A stretch of DNA of 64,000 nucleotides from Chrysomallon squamiferum (taxonomy: Eukaryota; Animalia; Mollusca): contig CM022667.1 of NCBI GenBank assembly GCA_012295275.1, positions 6,696,001 through 6,760,000 of the forward strand, read 5' to 3'. The notes under the pieces were generated by a model. The model was not told the DNA's origin. It made no database searches and saw only the letters and a program-made list of their open reading frames with translations. Position numbers and translations under genes: made by a program. Below are positions 35,076 to 49,180 of the stretch, piece by piece; the first letter of the stretch is position 1; the number at the start of each line of letters is the position of its first letter.

Positions 35076-35111
<36 letters not shown>

Positions 35112-38013
35112 GTGCGTGTTTGTGTGTGTGTGTGTTGTGTGTGTGTGTGTTTGTGTGTGTGTCTGTGTGTTTATCTGATTGTCTATCTCTATGAATGCAT
35201 GCATATATTTGTACGTGTAAATGTGTGTGCGTTTATGTACGCAAGTCTGTGTTCCTGTCTGTACGTATGTTTATAATTGTATGTATACGTAACTATGAAT
35301 GTATGTATGTATTACTAAATGTGTATTACTAAAGGTTTTTATACAGCTAATGTGTGTGTAAGACTAAATACGTCACTGGTTTTCATACAGCTGATGTGTG
35401 TGTAAGACTAAATACGTCACTGGTTGTCATACAGCTGATGTGTGTGTAAGACTAAATACGTCACTGGTTTTCATACAGCTGATGTGTGTGTAAGACTAAA
35501 TACGTCACTGGTTGTCATACAGCTGATGTGTGTGTAAGACTAAATACGTCACTGGTTGTTATACAGCTGATGTGTGTGTAAGACTAAATACGTCACTGGT
35601 TTTCATACAGCTGATGTGTGTGTAAGACTAAATACGTCACTGGTTGTCATACAGCTGATGTGTGTGTAAGACTAAATACGTCACTGGTTGTTATACAGCT
35701 GATGTGTGTGTAAGACTAAATACGTCACTGGTTTTCATACAGCTGATGTGTGTGTTTACAAGGGACAAATCCACAGCCAAGGAGACACGTGGCAGGACGG
35801 ATGTGACAAAACCTGCACATGCGTCAACGGCAAGTCGGGATACTACACCTGTCAGTCAAAGTAAGCAGTTAAATGTTAATTAGTGGGAGAGGGCGGAGTA
35901 AAGAGTGAAATTCTTCAAAAAGTGATATTTACTAATATAAGACAATGATCAAATACTAGCTCATTGTGTAAATTACATATCACTCACTCACTAATACCAT
36001 CACTTTTATCACTGACTTTTGTATTTTTGTTGTTGTTATTATTACTGTCGTTGTAGTTGTAGCTGTTGTTATTTTCAAGGTGTCCTGTTTATAAAAACTT
36101 GCCTCCATCTTGTACTCTGGTGTCACAGCCAGGTCAGTGCTGCAAGAAACCAAACTGTCCCAACGGATTAGGAACAAGTGAGTTTAATACGTCACGTAAT
36201 ACTCAGTGAGTTTAATACGTCACGTAACACCTCAGTGAGTTTAATACGTCACGTAATACTCAGTGAGTTTAATACGTCACGTAATACCTCAGTGAGTTTA
36301 ATACGTCACGTAACACCTCAGTGAGTTTAATACGTCACGTAATACCTCAGTGAGTTTAATACGTCACGTAATACCTCAGTGAGTTTAATACGTCACGTAA
36401 AACCTCATTGAGTTTAATATGTCACGTAATACCTGTGAGTTTAACACGTCACGTAATAGCTCAGTGAGTTTTAGCACGTCACGTAATACCTCAGTGAGTT
36501 TAATACGTCATGTAATAATACCTCAGTGAGCTTAATACGTCACGTAATACCTCAGTGAATCTAATAACATTTATCTTGGGAAACAAAAGCATTTTTTTTT
36601 TTTGCGATTCCTTATAATTTGCTTTTGTTGTTGTTATCCTTGCTAATTATGATAGTTATTCTGCTTCGTGCTTCTATATATATATATATATAACAAATTA
36701 ATCATTTCTTCTTGCTACTTTTGACGAATTGTCTTTTATTCAAAATAACAATTTGTAAAACGTCAGGAATTATACAAATCGTCTCGATTATTTCTGTTTT
36801 CACTGGATGGTTTTAATACGTGTGTCTGTCTGTCTGTTCAGACTACTGCGTGTACAAAGGTCAGAACTACAAACAGCTGCAGACGTGGAATGACGGGTGC
36901 AGCTACAAGTGTACGTGTGAGGACGCAGTCAAAGGTTTCTACAGGTGTAGATCAAGGTAAGTGATTATTGCAGGTGTAGATCAAGGTAGGTGATTATTGC
37001 AGGTGTAGATCAAGGTAAGTGATTATTGCAGGTGTAGATCAAAGTAAGTGATTATTGCAGGTGTAGATCAAAGTAAGTGATTATTGCAGGTGTAGATCAA
37101 AGTTAGTGATTATTGCAGGTGTAGATCAAAGTAAGTGATTATTGCAGGTGTAGATCAAGGTAAGTGATTATTGCAGGTGTAGATCAAGGTAGGTGATTAT
37201 TGCAGGTGTAGATCAAGGTAAGTGATTATTGCAGGTGTAGATCAAAGTAAGTGATTATTGCAGGTGTAGATCAAGGTGATTATTGCAGGTGTCGATCAAA
37301 GTAAGTGATTATTGCAGGTGTAGATCAAAGTAAGTGATTATTGCAGGTGTAGATCAAAGTAAGTGATTATTGCAGGTGTAGATCAAGGTAAGTGATTATT
37401 GCAGGTGTAGATCAAGGTGATTATTGCAGGTGTCGATCAAAGTAAGTGATTATTACAGGTGTAGATCAAGGTAAGTGATGATTACAGGTGTAGATCAAGG
37501 TAAGTGATGATTACAGGTGTAACTCAAAGTATACACACATGCCCTTACATAGATAAAAATATACATACACAGATACACACACATACACATTTACAAACAC
37601 AAACAAAATAAAGATGGGTGACCAAGTATTTATCTCACCTGCCGAATTCCAAAAACGGATTTATTATTTTATATTTAAATGATTCAATAATTTTTTATTT
37701 TAATAACAATACAGCTTAAACAGTTATTATTATTAATAAAATAAATTAGTTCTGTCAGTGCATCAGTAAAGACAAGTAACTTAAAAACTACATTATCCAG
37801 TGATTCCAACTAAATTTAATATATCTATCAAATGAAAAACTGAAAATATTATTATTATTATTATTATTATTTTTTTTTTTTCATAGATGTGTTCAGTGGA
37901 ATCTTCCCAAAGAATGTCACTTGCAGTCACCTGCCCCGGGGTTGTGCTGTGACACGCCCAGCTGTCCCCCAGAATTCAAAATAAACTACCCACCAGGTTA
38001 CACCGTGGAGTGA
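33291..38013 (+). CDS. Paralogous protein with 3 ShK and 2 VWC-like domains; start exon unresolved
   Basis: Exons 33291-33419 (ShK CADKINNC...NCKRFCKLC), 33916-34059 (ShK), 34398-34526 (ShK), 34904-34933, 35743-35860 plus 36080-36177 (VWC-like), 36842-36956 plus 37887-38013 (VWC-like; ends YPPGYTVE*). Candidate upstream exon 32984-33036 (...MSALSCE G/). Confidence 0.85.
35336..35754 (+). repeat. 44-bp minisatellite containing a splice acceptor and exon start
   Basis: CATACAG/CTGATGTGTGTGTAAGACTAAATACGTCACTGGTTTT, about 9.5 copies; the last copy is the real acceptor (35742). Confidence 0.95.
36177..36558 (+). repeat. 28-29-bp minisatellite starting at a splice donor
   Basis: A/GTGAGTTTAATACGTCACGTAATACCTC units. 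Confidence 0.95.
36941..37520 (+). repeat. 29-bp minisatellite containing an exon end and splice donor
   Basis: CAGGTGTAGATCAAG/GTAAGTGATTATTG, about 20 copies. Confidence 0.96.
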
Positions 38014-38305
38014 TAAAAAATAAAAATAAAATAAAAATTACAAATATTTATTTTATCTAGAAATTACTTTTCTTTTCTGTGTTATTTTAAATTCTTCCTT
38101 TACTGCTTCATCGTTATCAATATTTATTTATTATTATTATATATATTTTTATTTATATTTATTTATTTCTTCTTCTTCTCATCATCATCATCATCATCAT
38201 AATCATCATTTTTATTATTAAATTAAAATCCACAAAACAAATTAAAAAATAAAAAAATAACAAAAATGTCAGTAATTTGAAAATATTTTATAAAGAAAGT
38301 GGGAG

Positions 38306-38519
38306 TCAGTCTGGGTGAAGTACAGTTATTTTTTTAACCAGTGACTGTTTTGGAAAGAGGAAGTCTCTTGGCAGTTTTATCCAGTTCCTGCAGAGCTCCA
38401 AGAATGTGAAATTTGACTCCATCGTCAGGGTCAGTGTTGTGTATCAGTTTGAGAAGATGATAGAGATCTTGTAACACACCTGACAAAACCTGCAACATAA
38501 AACATAGTCATAGAAAGTA

Positions 38520-38564
<45 letters not shown>

Positions 38565-39267
38565 GAGTTGTATGATGAGACAAAGGGTACATCCTGGTTA
38601 AAGTTCTGATAAACATTTATCCCATTCCTGTAGTGCTCTACAAATGATGAATAAACAAAACTATTTTCTTATGACAATAATAATTACATGTGACATTGTA
38701 GTTTTTTTGGTTTTAATATTTTTTTTCTTTTGTAGACACTTGTATTAGACTGCTTACACCAAAACAAGAAAAAGAATTAAAATTAATTATGTAAATAAGT
38801 AAATTTTTTTTAAAGATTTAAAAATCACTTATTATACATATAAAAGTATAATAAAAATAAAAATAATACAAATTAATTAAAATAAAAAACCTGCAGTGAG
38901 TTTTTCCCAGTCCTTCTAGGAGGGAGGTTAACGTAAGAGCTGCAGCTTTCCGAACGTTCACAGATTTGTCAGATTTCAACACAGCCCCGCAACATGAGAC
39001 AATCTGAAAAACAAGATGTCAGCTTACAGTAACGTTGTCTTTGTTTAAACAAATCAAATCAAAAATGTGAATAACTGCAGTATCAAAATTAGTAACTTTG
39101 TAATACTGATGATAAATTTCATTTTTTGTCATATTACTTCAAAACAATTTCTGGAAACAAACTTTCAAAAAAAAAGAAAAAAATAATGATAATAATAATA
39201 AGAAGAAGAACAATACAGTAAACTGTAAATAACAATAAAAGGTATTTATAATAAATAATAACAACAT

Positions 39268-39312
<45 letters not shown>

Positions 39313-42300
39313 GTAAACAACAAAAACAGGTATTTGTAATAATAAATAAAAAGTCTGCCACTGTCTGTGTGTATGTTTGTCAGTGAGTGCACTAAGTAGA
39401 TTTGATCCTGTATTCTGCTGTATCTCAGTAATGGCTACAACAACATGTTTTGTGTCTACTCACTTCATTGATGACAGGTGACACAGAGAAGTTGAGCAGA
39501 CGACAGACGTCAGCAAGGTTTGACAAGCTGCTCGCGCGAACATCATCATCATCATCTCTGACACCAGACAATATGGCCGACAGCAAAGTGTCTCGATAAA
39601 CTGGCATCATATCACCTGAAAAATGTATATATTATTAAAAACACAAATAATAATTATTTAAATTAAAATATTTTATTTATACATAATTATTTTTAACTTT
39701 TATTGGTAAGATTTAAATACACTGTACATTGATCATTATATTCTTTAATAATTGTTTTTGTATATCAAAAGTTCTTTAGCTACTGTTTTTTCCTTCTTAG
39801 ATTTCATTGCTACAAAGGTATAATTATACATTATAAAAATTTTTTTAAAAAGGCCTCATATGTATCCTGTACTCTAAGCTCCCTCGGCAAGAAGGCCAAA
39901 TTTTCAAAATCTATTTTCAGTCTTTACAAGAAAAACTAAATATCTAATTAATGTTATTAATTAAAAACAACAAATGAACAACACCTTACAGTAAAAATAT
40001 CCACTTCTCAGGTATAAACATTCTCATTTTTTGGTTTTTTCTGGTTCAAATTTTATCTGCTTGGGTTCAAAAGATTAAAAAGTTTTTAATTATCACTACA
40101 AAAATTCTAAATTATTTAATTCACACAAACCTAGATTTCTGAAAACCTTAACCAAAGCTTCTCCGAGCTTTAACCTCATCACCACGCTTCTCTTAACTCT
40201 TCTCTCTGCGGAGTCGAAGTCTGCAAACTCTCTCGCCAGTCTGGGGACTATTTTGTGTGGAATCGTGTCTGCGAGGGCTGCCAGACCGTTGACAGACGCC
40301 AGGTAGAGGTAGGAGTCAGGATGGTCGAGGTTTTCCAGGAACACGCGGAGGATCGTCTCCTTCTTGTCGTCGTCAAGCTGCTCCTTCCTGCTCTCAACAA
40401 GTTTTGTCAGTCGAATGAGTCCGTGACCTCGCACGGGAATCAGAGGGTCACACAGCTCATCAAATGCCTGCTGCAGTTCTGACATCTCTGTGCACCGAGG
40501 TTTTTCACGTGCAAAGTCGGCCATCTTGGATGAGTCTGAACTAGCAAGTCTACTTGAGTCAGACTTGGTCAGATGACTTGAGTCAGACATGGACGAACTG
40601 TTTGAATCAAACTCCTGTCTGTTTTCTGTCCCACTCAAACACTTCACATTTAACCCTTTGAGAGCTGAGTCTTTCTCGTCCAGTTTTTCTTTCACTTCTT
40701 CTGTTTCAGTCTCTGGCAGTTCTTCTATGAGAATTTTCTTTTCTTACTTTCCACTGTCTTTGAGGTGGTTGTATTTTTCACCTGAAATTTAAAATGAAAT
40801 TACAACACTTACATAATTTAATTTACTGTCTAATTAAGATTTGTTAATAATTTTGGGAAGAAGAAATATAAAAGCAAAATATTAATATGAATTGAATTTT
40901 CTGTATCTTTATAAATAAATAAAAGTTTTTTTTTTTTTGTTTTTTTCAAAAATAATAATAATAATAACAATAATAATAATAATATTTATTTATTTATTTA
41001 TTTATTTATTTATCATCTGATTCTGTATAAAACATTTAATTTAATTAAGAAAACTGAAAATATTTAAATTATTACTTTTTCTGACATTGATCTCAAATCT
41101 GTGGACTCTGTTTTAATGAGGTCACTCCATACTGCTCCTCTCGTTGCTATAGCGATCCTGACATCAGCAGCCATTTCCTTCACAAAATCATTTGTGTGGT
41201 TTGCGCCAATCTCCTCCAATAAGGGAAGTAACTTTTGCATAAAGGCGTGGTCGCTGTCACTCAGCTGTAAAGGTAACAGATGACAAGTTTCAGTTTACTC
41301 CATGTTAAAATGGGTCATCCAAAGTGAAAATGGGTCACACTAATTTAAGACGGGCCACCCTATGTTAAAACAGGCCACCCTATGTTAAAACAGGTCAGCC
41401 TATGTTAAAACAGGTCAGCCTATGTTAGAACAGTACTAAACCTCCTGCTCTTTCATATACACTTGTTTATTTTTATATTCTTGCTAAAGTAACCAACTAA
41501 CCAGTGAACTAAAATTCTATTTTTGCAAGAACATGAAACCCCTTTTAAATTAGAAAATTTCATAACAGTTATAAAATGTCTAAGTAAATGTTCATTGTAA
41601 TGTTTTTAAAAAAAATAAAATTATAAAACAGAAAAAAAAGTTTATGAATCTGGCTTCTGAATACACATTTAGCTGTATGTTTGAAAGAAAACAACTTTTT
41701 ATTTAAAATTAGTAAAATTCAATAGCTGAGGACATTCATCATGACTGGTTTTTTTTTTTTAAAGAAAAAGAAGAAAGAAATAAAATAAATAAATAAAAAT
41801 TAAAAATAATAAAACTACCTTCTTCTCTCCACTCATTACAGCTGTTACTAGTCCTATCGCCATGATGATTGTTTCAGTTTCAAACATGGCCGTCATTCCT
41901 TCATCAGTGAGTTTCAAAACCTCCACAGCACGTTCCAGAGTTGTCTGTAAACACATTAAAACTGTTTTCTCTTGTTGTTGTTACTTTGTTGTTATTGTTA
42001 CTGTTTTTACTGTTGTTACTGCTGTGTAATATTGTTATTTATATTGTTATTGTCATTACTGTTAAAGTAAGTATTCTGTCTAAGCAAATGATTAAAAGAG
42101 AAAACAAAAAACAAAAAAAGTTATGAAACAAAAAATAAATAAACTAAATAAATAAGCAAATAATAAACAAAAAATTAAATAAACATTGAAAAAAACAAAA
42201 AAATTAAACAAATAAATAAATAAATAAATAAACAATAAGTAAATAAACAAATAAGTAAATAAATACATACATACATACATAAATAAATAAACAAACAAAA

Positions 42301-44869
42301 AGAATAAAAACCAATATTTAACAACTAAATAAATAAGCAAATAATTGATAAACAAAACTGTAAGTAAATAAATAAATAAATAAATACACAAAGAAAGAAA
42401 GAAAGAAGGAAGAACTCACCATGACAAACTGAAGAATGTGTTTAGTACTTTTCAAACACGCTGGTCCCAGCTTGTCACACATGGCTGACAACAGACTCAC
42501 AATTAAAATTCTTTTTCAGAGTGTTGAACATTTTCTCCTCTCGTTTCTCTATTTCTCTCAGCTCCTGTCCAGGCTCACAGAAATTCTCTACTTCAGTTTT
42601 CACCGGGTTTGATTCGTCAGAGATTATTTTTGTAAACTCCTTTGCAAGAAAAATAAAAAAATTAAACAAAAATATATATAAATAATAAAAAAATAAATTG
42701 ATTTTGACATTAGTTATTTGAACAGTAAACAAGATAAAAATGTAAAATTAATGTTTAATAAACCTGTAATTAAATTAAATTTCACTGTAACAAAATACTA
42801 TTGTACTGATGAAGGCAGAAAATATTCAAATTTTTGTAGTTTCTATAATAATTTATAAATAAATAAATGATAAATTGTATTAAGAACAGATTTTAAGGAA
42901 GTTAAAGTTTAAATATCAACACAGAAAAGTGAATGAAAAGAAAAAAGAGATTCATGAAAGAACAGAATGAGAATAATAAAAACAAACAATAATTAAAATA
43001 TCATTGTACTAGAAAGTCACCTGAAGCAGAAAGAGGAAGAATTCCCCAGCCACGTCGCACTTCTCCAGTGGTTTAATTATTTCAATTAAATTTTCCACAA
43101 CAGCATCATAGTCAATGTCTTGTTCTCTGATAATAAAACATCAATTAACTCTAAAATGAAATGTCTTAAAAACAAATAAAATAATGTAAAATTAATAATT
43201 TAATAATAATTTTTAAAAATTAAAAATATAATAAACATAAATAAATAAATAAATAAATACTTATAAACTGCAAACTACTACTAGTGCTGTTTTATCCTTA
43301 AAGTAAAATTGCTCTTTTTATATAGATCAGAACACAAATTAAATTAAATATTAACACAAAAGAACATTCAATATGGCTACCAACCTAAAATCTGCAACAT
43401 GAAAGCAAATACTCTTTAATCACCACCCTAATTTTAAAATTTGTTACACATATTTTTATCATCAGAAATAAGAGTATCTGTTTTCTAATTTGTCATAAAC
43501 AATTTTATTACCTCTCTGAGATGTCAGGGTTGTGAATAACTTCAACTTGTCCACTGGTGTTAGTGTGGAAGGATATTTCAGGATGGAGACAGTGAAAACT
43601 GAGGTCGTTGACCTTTGTTTCTTCTCCAAGAGCGAGGACAGAAAGTAGTGACAAGCTGACAGGCGTGTCGCACTGTTTTAAAAACGTCAGCAGAATTGCC
43701 TTACACAGTGCGCTGAAACCAGACATTACAGACAGTGTTATCAACCAGACAGATATACAGCTGGACAGACAGACAGACACACAGATAGACAGATAGATAA
43801 ACAGACAGATAAATACAGTTACAGATAGATATACTGATAGATAGATAGATAGATAGATAGATAGACAGATAGATAGATAGACAGATAGATAGATATACAG
43901 TTACAGATAGATATACTGATAGATCTAGAGATAGAAAAACAGAGATACAAACATACAGACAATAAATAAACTAATAAAATAAAGGAAAAGATGAATAAAT
44001 TTTATAAAATCGAATAAAAAAATTTTTAAAAATAACCATTTAATAAATTAATTTTAAAAAAGGTAGGAATTAAATATATAAGTAAATAAATAAATAAGTA
44101 AGTAAGTAAATGCATAAATGTTTTCTTCATCTTAATTATTTTGTATTTAATTAGATTATCCATCTATCTGTCTATATGTCCATCCATCCATTTCATTCAT
44201 GAATCTGTGTATGTTTATTAACTTAACTTACCTGAGCTGTGTGTGTTTGTGTTGACAGTAGGAGAAGAGTTGAAAGAGAGGCTGCGAGACAGGACAGAGT
44301 TGAAGTAAAACTGAACTACACGACACCGAACTCACTACAACAATCTGTAACATGAAAACAAAGTGAGAACATCACACACAGGAAAACAGAAAGTTTAACT
44401 TTATTCTACTCCTCCATTTACACATTCAAAATTTAAAACTGTAAAAATAGATGTAATTTTTTATTAAAAGGTTTAGCAATAAAACAATTTGTAATATAAT
44501 ATCTTATAACAGAGAAATCAGGAAATTACAGATAGAAAAAAAAAAAAAAAAGATTTAGTTAATTATTGCACAGGAAAAAACAGTTAAATTTAAAAACAAT
44601 AATATCACAACAGGTAAGAAGTTTAATTTAAGACTCTTACAGTAATGTAAATTATAAAACAATCAAAAAAAAAATTATTCATTAAACACAGAGAAATTAT
44701 TAAAATAAATAAAAAATAAAAAATAAAAAATCACCTTGTGTAAATTTTGAATACAATTTTCCAGCTCTCTGTCAGATACAAGTACACATGTACTGGCTGC
44801 AGACTCCACATCTGTCAAATAAAAGTTTAAAAAAATGTAAAAAATCAAATACATATCAGGTGATATCAG

Positions 44870-44904
<35 letters not shown>

Positions 44905-47900
44905 TTCTGAATAATACTGTAAAATAACAAAATTATAAATGCTGTTTTTGATTTAAATGGTAAATTAAACACAGTATGAACAGAGAAAACAACAACAACA
45001 TCTAACAATGAAGCACACAGAGCCAGATTATGAATAATGAATATAGATACTTGGGAGCAATGTTTAGAAAATAAAATAACTATTTCAACTGAACAGTCAT
45101 CTTGTACAAAAATCTTGTGTTATGAAATGACAAACCTGGGTGCTGTGAACACGATGTTGTCAGAGGTTGAATGAGAGGCTGTATGAGATGACGATGTGAC
45201 AACTCTGGGTGTGTGTCGTTCACGTCTCTGATAAAACTACTCACAACTCGTAACATGTAACCAGCAGTGTCAGTCTGACGTAACAGTGACAACACCTGTA
45301 ACATAAACCTCATATGTAACATATACATCTGTAACATAAACACTCATATTTGACATATATATCTGTAACATAAACACTCATATTTAACATAAACATCTGT
45401 AAACTAAACACTGATATTTAACACACACAATAATCAATACATAAAAATCACATAATAATACAGTAACTGAGACATTGACATTTTAACCTAATAAATCATG
45501 ACGTACAAACACGACAATGTCTGAAACTCAGATACAACTGTAATCATGTAGTGGCAATGAAAAGAATTAAATTTGCTGGAGACTGTCAGTGATTACTGAT
45601 AAAAAGAAACAGGTAAGTAACAATTACATAACTTTAATGTGTACAGAGTCACAGTATGATCAAACACAAAGTTTTATAAGATAGAACACTTAGGTTTTAC
45701 AAACTAAATATTATTTAGTATACTTCTAATGTACTTATTGAGAAAACTGATACATGTATGTGTATAGTAAACAAATATACATGTAATATAATGTTAATTA
45801 TTACATATACAGTACTAAGTTGAAAAAAACGTGTATTTATTTCACTTACCTGAGGACAAACCTGTTTGTAGTACTCCTCCACTGACGATGCTGTCATTGG
45901 ACAGTGAGAAATGATTTTAGCAACAGCATCGCACTTCTTCCAGTAACCAGGGTCACTGCCAGATGGATCTAAGAAAAGAAAAAATAATCATATATAATGA
46001 TATATACACAAATAATAATAGAGATTAATAATAAATATCTCTTTGTATTTCACATATCTCTGAACACAAACATACATACACACAAACACACAGTATATTT
46101 GTTTTTACCTGAAAACACATAATAAATCCTATTTTAGTTATATTTTTATTTTCATCAGTATTGTTCTTTTATGAATAACTCACCCACAACTTGTCACAAT
46201 GTGGTTATATCTAAACCTTAGCAAGAACAAAGCATTATTTAACAAAACTGTTTAGAACTTTTTAATCAATAATGGTCAGATATTACTAATTGTCATTTCA
46301 CTTGGAGAAAAAACAAACAAAATAATCTCAGCTGCAAGTGAAAATACTAACAGTAGACTCAGTGACGCAGTACTTTACACACTGACATCAGTAACAACTG
46401 TTTCTTTTTGAATCTGCTGCTATTCATATCATGTGACTTGTGTTTATGTTTTTACCAAGCATTCCTTTGAGTACATGCAGCACACCGTTTGGTCTGGTCA
46501 GTATTCTGGTCAGCAAATGTCCACAAGCTTTTCTCATCCACACTGGACTTGGACTCAAACCTGACTTGAAATTCACGTCTTTCTGCAACATAAACTTTAG
46601 TTTTATTTACTGTGATATGTTTGAAATTATACAAATTTCAAATATATATATTACTAATCAAACTGTATTATGTCAGTTAAAGAATTATCTTGTTACAAGT
46701 TGTAATAAAGAGATTGAAATGTTTAATCATTTATAAGCATGTATCCAAAAAAAAAAAATAATAATAATAATAATAATAGTAATAATTTTAAAAAAACAAA
46801 TAATAAATAAATAAATACAAAAAAACAAAATAATTATAATTTTTTTTTGTATGTAAAATCATGGAAAAAAGATAAAGAATTATAAAATATTTTTCTACTG
46901 ATTTGTTCTCCTTTTTCTGAGGTTTCTGATGAGCACCTCCCTGCAGAAGGAGGAGTTCTCTGACCAGTATGGGGGGTGACACATGATCTAACAAATGCTG
47001 CAGAGACTTCTCACAAAACTCTAAATCTGCACTGTCTGAACTACAACAGATGTGACCTTTGACATCTCCAGGTGGAGAAGAGTCAACAGGCCTGCTTGTT
47101 GTCAGATCTGCTTGTTTCGTGCTGTATTTACATCTTTTTGCATTGTGTCTGCTGCCAGATGAATTCACACAGTCAGAGATTTTACAAGTATTCTGAGAAT
47201 CAGTGACGTTTTTACAAGTCTGCTCCAACACTGAACGTAGATCATTTCCACATGCTTCACAGTCATCACCATGGTGATGACCTGAATCTGAGTCATCTTT
47301 TACATCTCTGTCTGTCACTGAGATCTCACCGACATCTGAGCCACGCCCTTTTTCAGAGCCGACATCAGAAAGATTTCTTTTTTCTGCTGTCTTCTCATTC
47401 CTCTCATTTCCAGCAGATAACTGAGACTGCTGCAAAATCCTGTCAACAGCCGCAGCTGGAGTCAGTGATTCACTCTTAGTATCCATAGCAACAGGTAAAC
47501 ACGTCTGATGGGTTGTCGCGTCTGACTTGTTTCGACAAAAACAAATCTGAAGCAGAGCTGCTAAGAGGTCACTGAGGTGTCTGGACAGGATGAGCGCTCC
47601 GACACACGACACGTCCACGCACTGCATCAACACTCTCACACAGCTCACCAGTCGGCAAGCTTTCTCACGTTCCGACAGCGTCACGTTTTCCTTCACGAGA
47701 CTGCCAAACCCTGACCGCCTGTGGACTGGGACTCCGACTCCACTGTGAAGCTGAGGACAGAGGCCAAGACACGCGACGAACTGCAGACAGGTGAGGACTG
47801 TCTTCTGCTGGGACACGCTCAGGACGTCAGGGGACAACGCTGGAGCCTGGCTCGGTGTCAGAGGTTTCGACCTGTTTTCATCTTCGAACTCATCTGATGC

Positions 47901-49180
47901 CCTGCGTATCGACTTATGCAGGCGATTAAGTAGTTCTAAACAAAGTGTAGCAAATTTCCAGTTTACATCTTCATCTTGACAGACGTCTGTTTTTTCTATC
48001 ATGCTTCTCAGAGCCTGAAATTTGGGTTCTGTGTTGATGGTGGTCTGAAGTTTTTCCATGTTTTGTAGAAGCATTTTGTGAAATACTTCACTGCCTGCAG
48101 TGCTGACGTTACCTTCAAAATAAATACAGTTGTATATGAAAAAATTAACAGACACAAATAACACTAGGTGTGTAATAAATAAATAATATTCTAAGCATTG
48201 ACCCAATTTTTCTCTGGCAACTTCACAAACTAAAAATAAAGCAACAATAAATAAAGAAAGAAAGAAAGAAAGAAAAAGCTAAAATTAAATAAAATTTAAA
48301 TGTTTAATAATAATACTAGACAGACAAAATTTTCTACTGTTAATGTTTAATTGTTAAATTTTAATTGTACATTAGTTTTAAAACACTGTTTAAATAAAAA
48401 TGATATAAATCAGTTATTATTTTTAAAAAAAGAAAAAAGAATAAACATAGAAATCAATTATTAGTAAAATAGGTCTATTTAAAATTGTGATTTAGTCTGA
48501 AAATTGTTTTTCTGTGTGTATGTCTGACTGTGCATTTTTCTATGTTTTTTTTTACATTCATCACTTTTGTTTTGTTACATCTGAAAATATGATATTATTA
48601 GAAAATATGTGTATGTAGGTATATGTGTGTATGTAGATACATGTGTGTGTATGTAGGTATATGTGTGTATGTAGGTATATGTTTGTATACAGGTATATGT
48701 GTGTGTGTGTGTGTGTAGGTATATCTGAGTGTATGTAGGTATATGTATGTGTATATGTAGGTATATCTGAGTGTATGTAGGTATGTGTGAGTGTATGTAG
48801 ATATATGTGTGTGTATGTAGGTATATGTGTGTATGTAGATACATGTGTGTGTATGTAGGTATATGTGTGTATGTAGGTATATGTTTGTATACAGGTATAT
48901 GTGTGTGTGTGTGTAGGTATATGTGTGTGTAGGTATATGTGAGTGCATGTAGGTATGTATGTGTGTATGTGTGTGGTATGTATGTGTGTGTGTGTGTGTG
49001 TATATGTGTGCATGTAGGTATGTATGTGTGTATGTAGGTATGTATGTGTGTGGTAGGTATGTGTGTGTGTGTGTGTATGTATGTGTGTATGTAGATATGT
49101 AGGAACTTACTACTAGAGGCATGTGTAGCAGGTGTCACTAAGATGCTGACAGCATCCAGAACAGTTTTCATGTCAGACAT
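38306..49180 (-). CDS. TANGO6: Transport and Golgi organization protein 6 homolog (Rtp1/TMCO7 family, ARM-repeat)
   Basis: Exons 49180-49111, 48112-46899 (LSPDVLSVSQQKTV...GVGVPVHRRS; VRELLLLQG), 46582-46456, 45968-45850 (EEYYKQVCPQ), 45295-45136, 44811-44735, 44344-44232, 43712-43512, 43126-43021, 42639-42420, 41944-41819, 41264-41076, 40781-40131 (DPLIPVRGHGL...HPDSYLYL), 39615-39464 (VRASSLSNL), 39003-38891, 38489-38306 (DFLFPKQSLVKKI). One-base frameshifts near 42513, 40740 and 38368. Non-coding first exon near 49893-49960. Confidence 0.88.
45296..45425 (-). repeat. About 33-bp repeat containing a TANGO6 acceptor
   Basis: Minus strand GTTTATGTTACAG/ (or a close variant) recurs four times. 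Confidence 0.8.
48605..49102 (+). repeat. Degenerate GT/GTAT compound repeat with internal duplication
   Basis: Direct inspection; source of spurious His/Thr/Tyr ORFs. Confidence 0.92.

Noticed and set aside
35336-37520. CRISPR-like regular repeats
   Set aside because: Head-to-tail units without unique spacers, eukaryotic introns, no cas genes.
48565-48580. TANGO6 microexon
   Set aside because: A 16-nt candidate would break the frame, and the flanking exons already join in phase.
48561-49122. His/Thr/Tyr-rich ORFs, and similar ORFs at 711-1303, 13393, 26535 and 31500-32750
   Set aside because: Translations of micro- and minisatellites.
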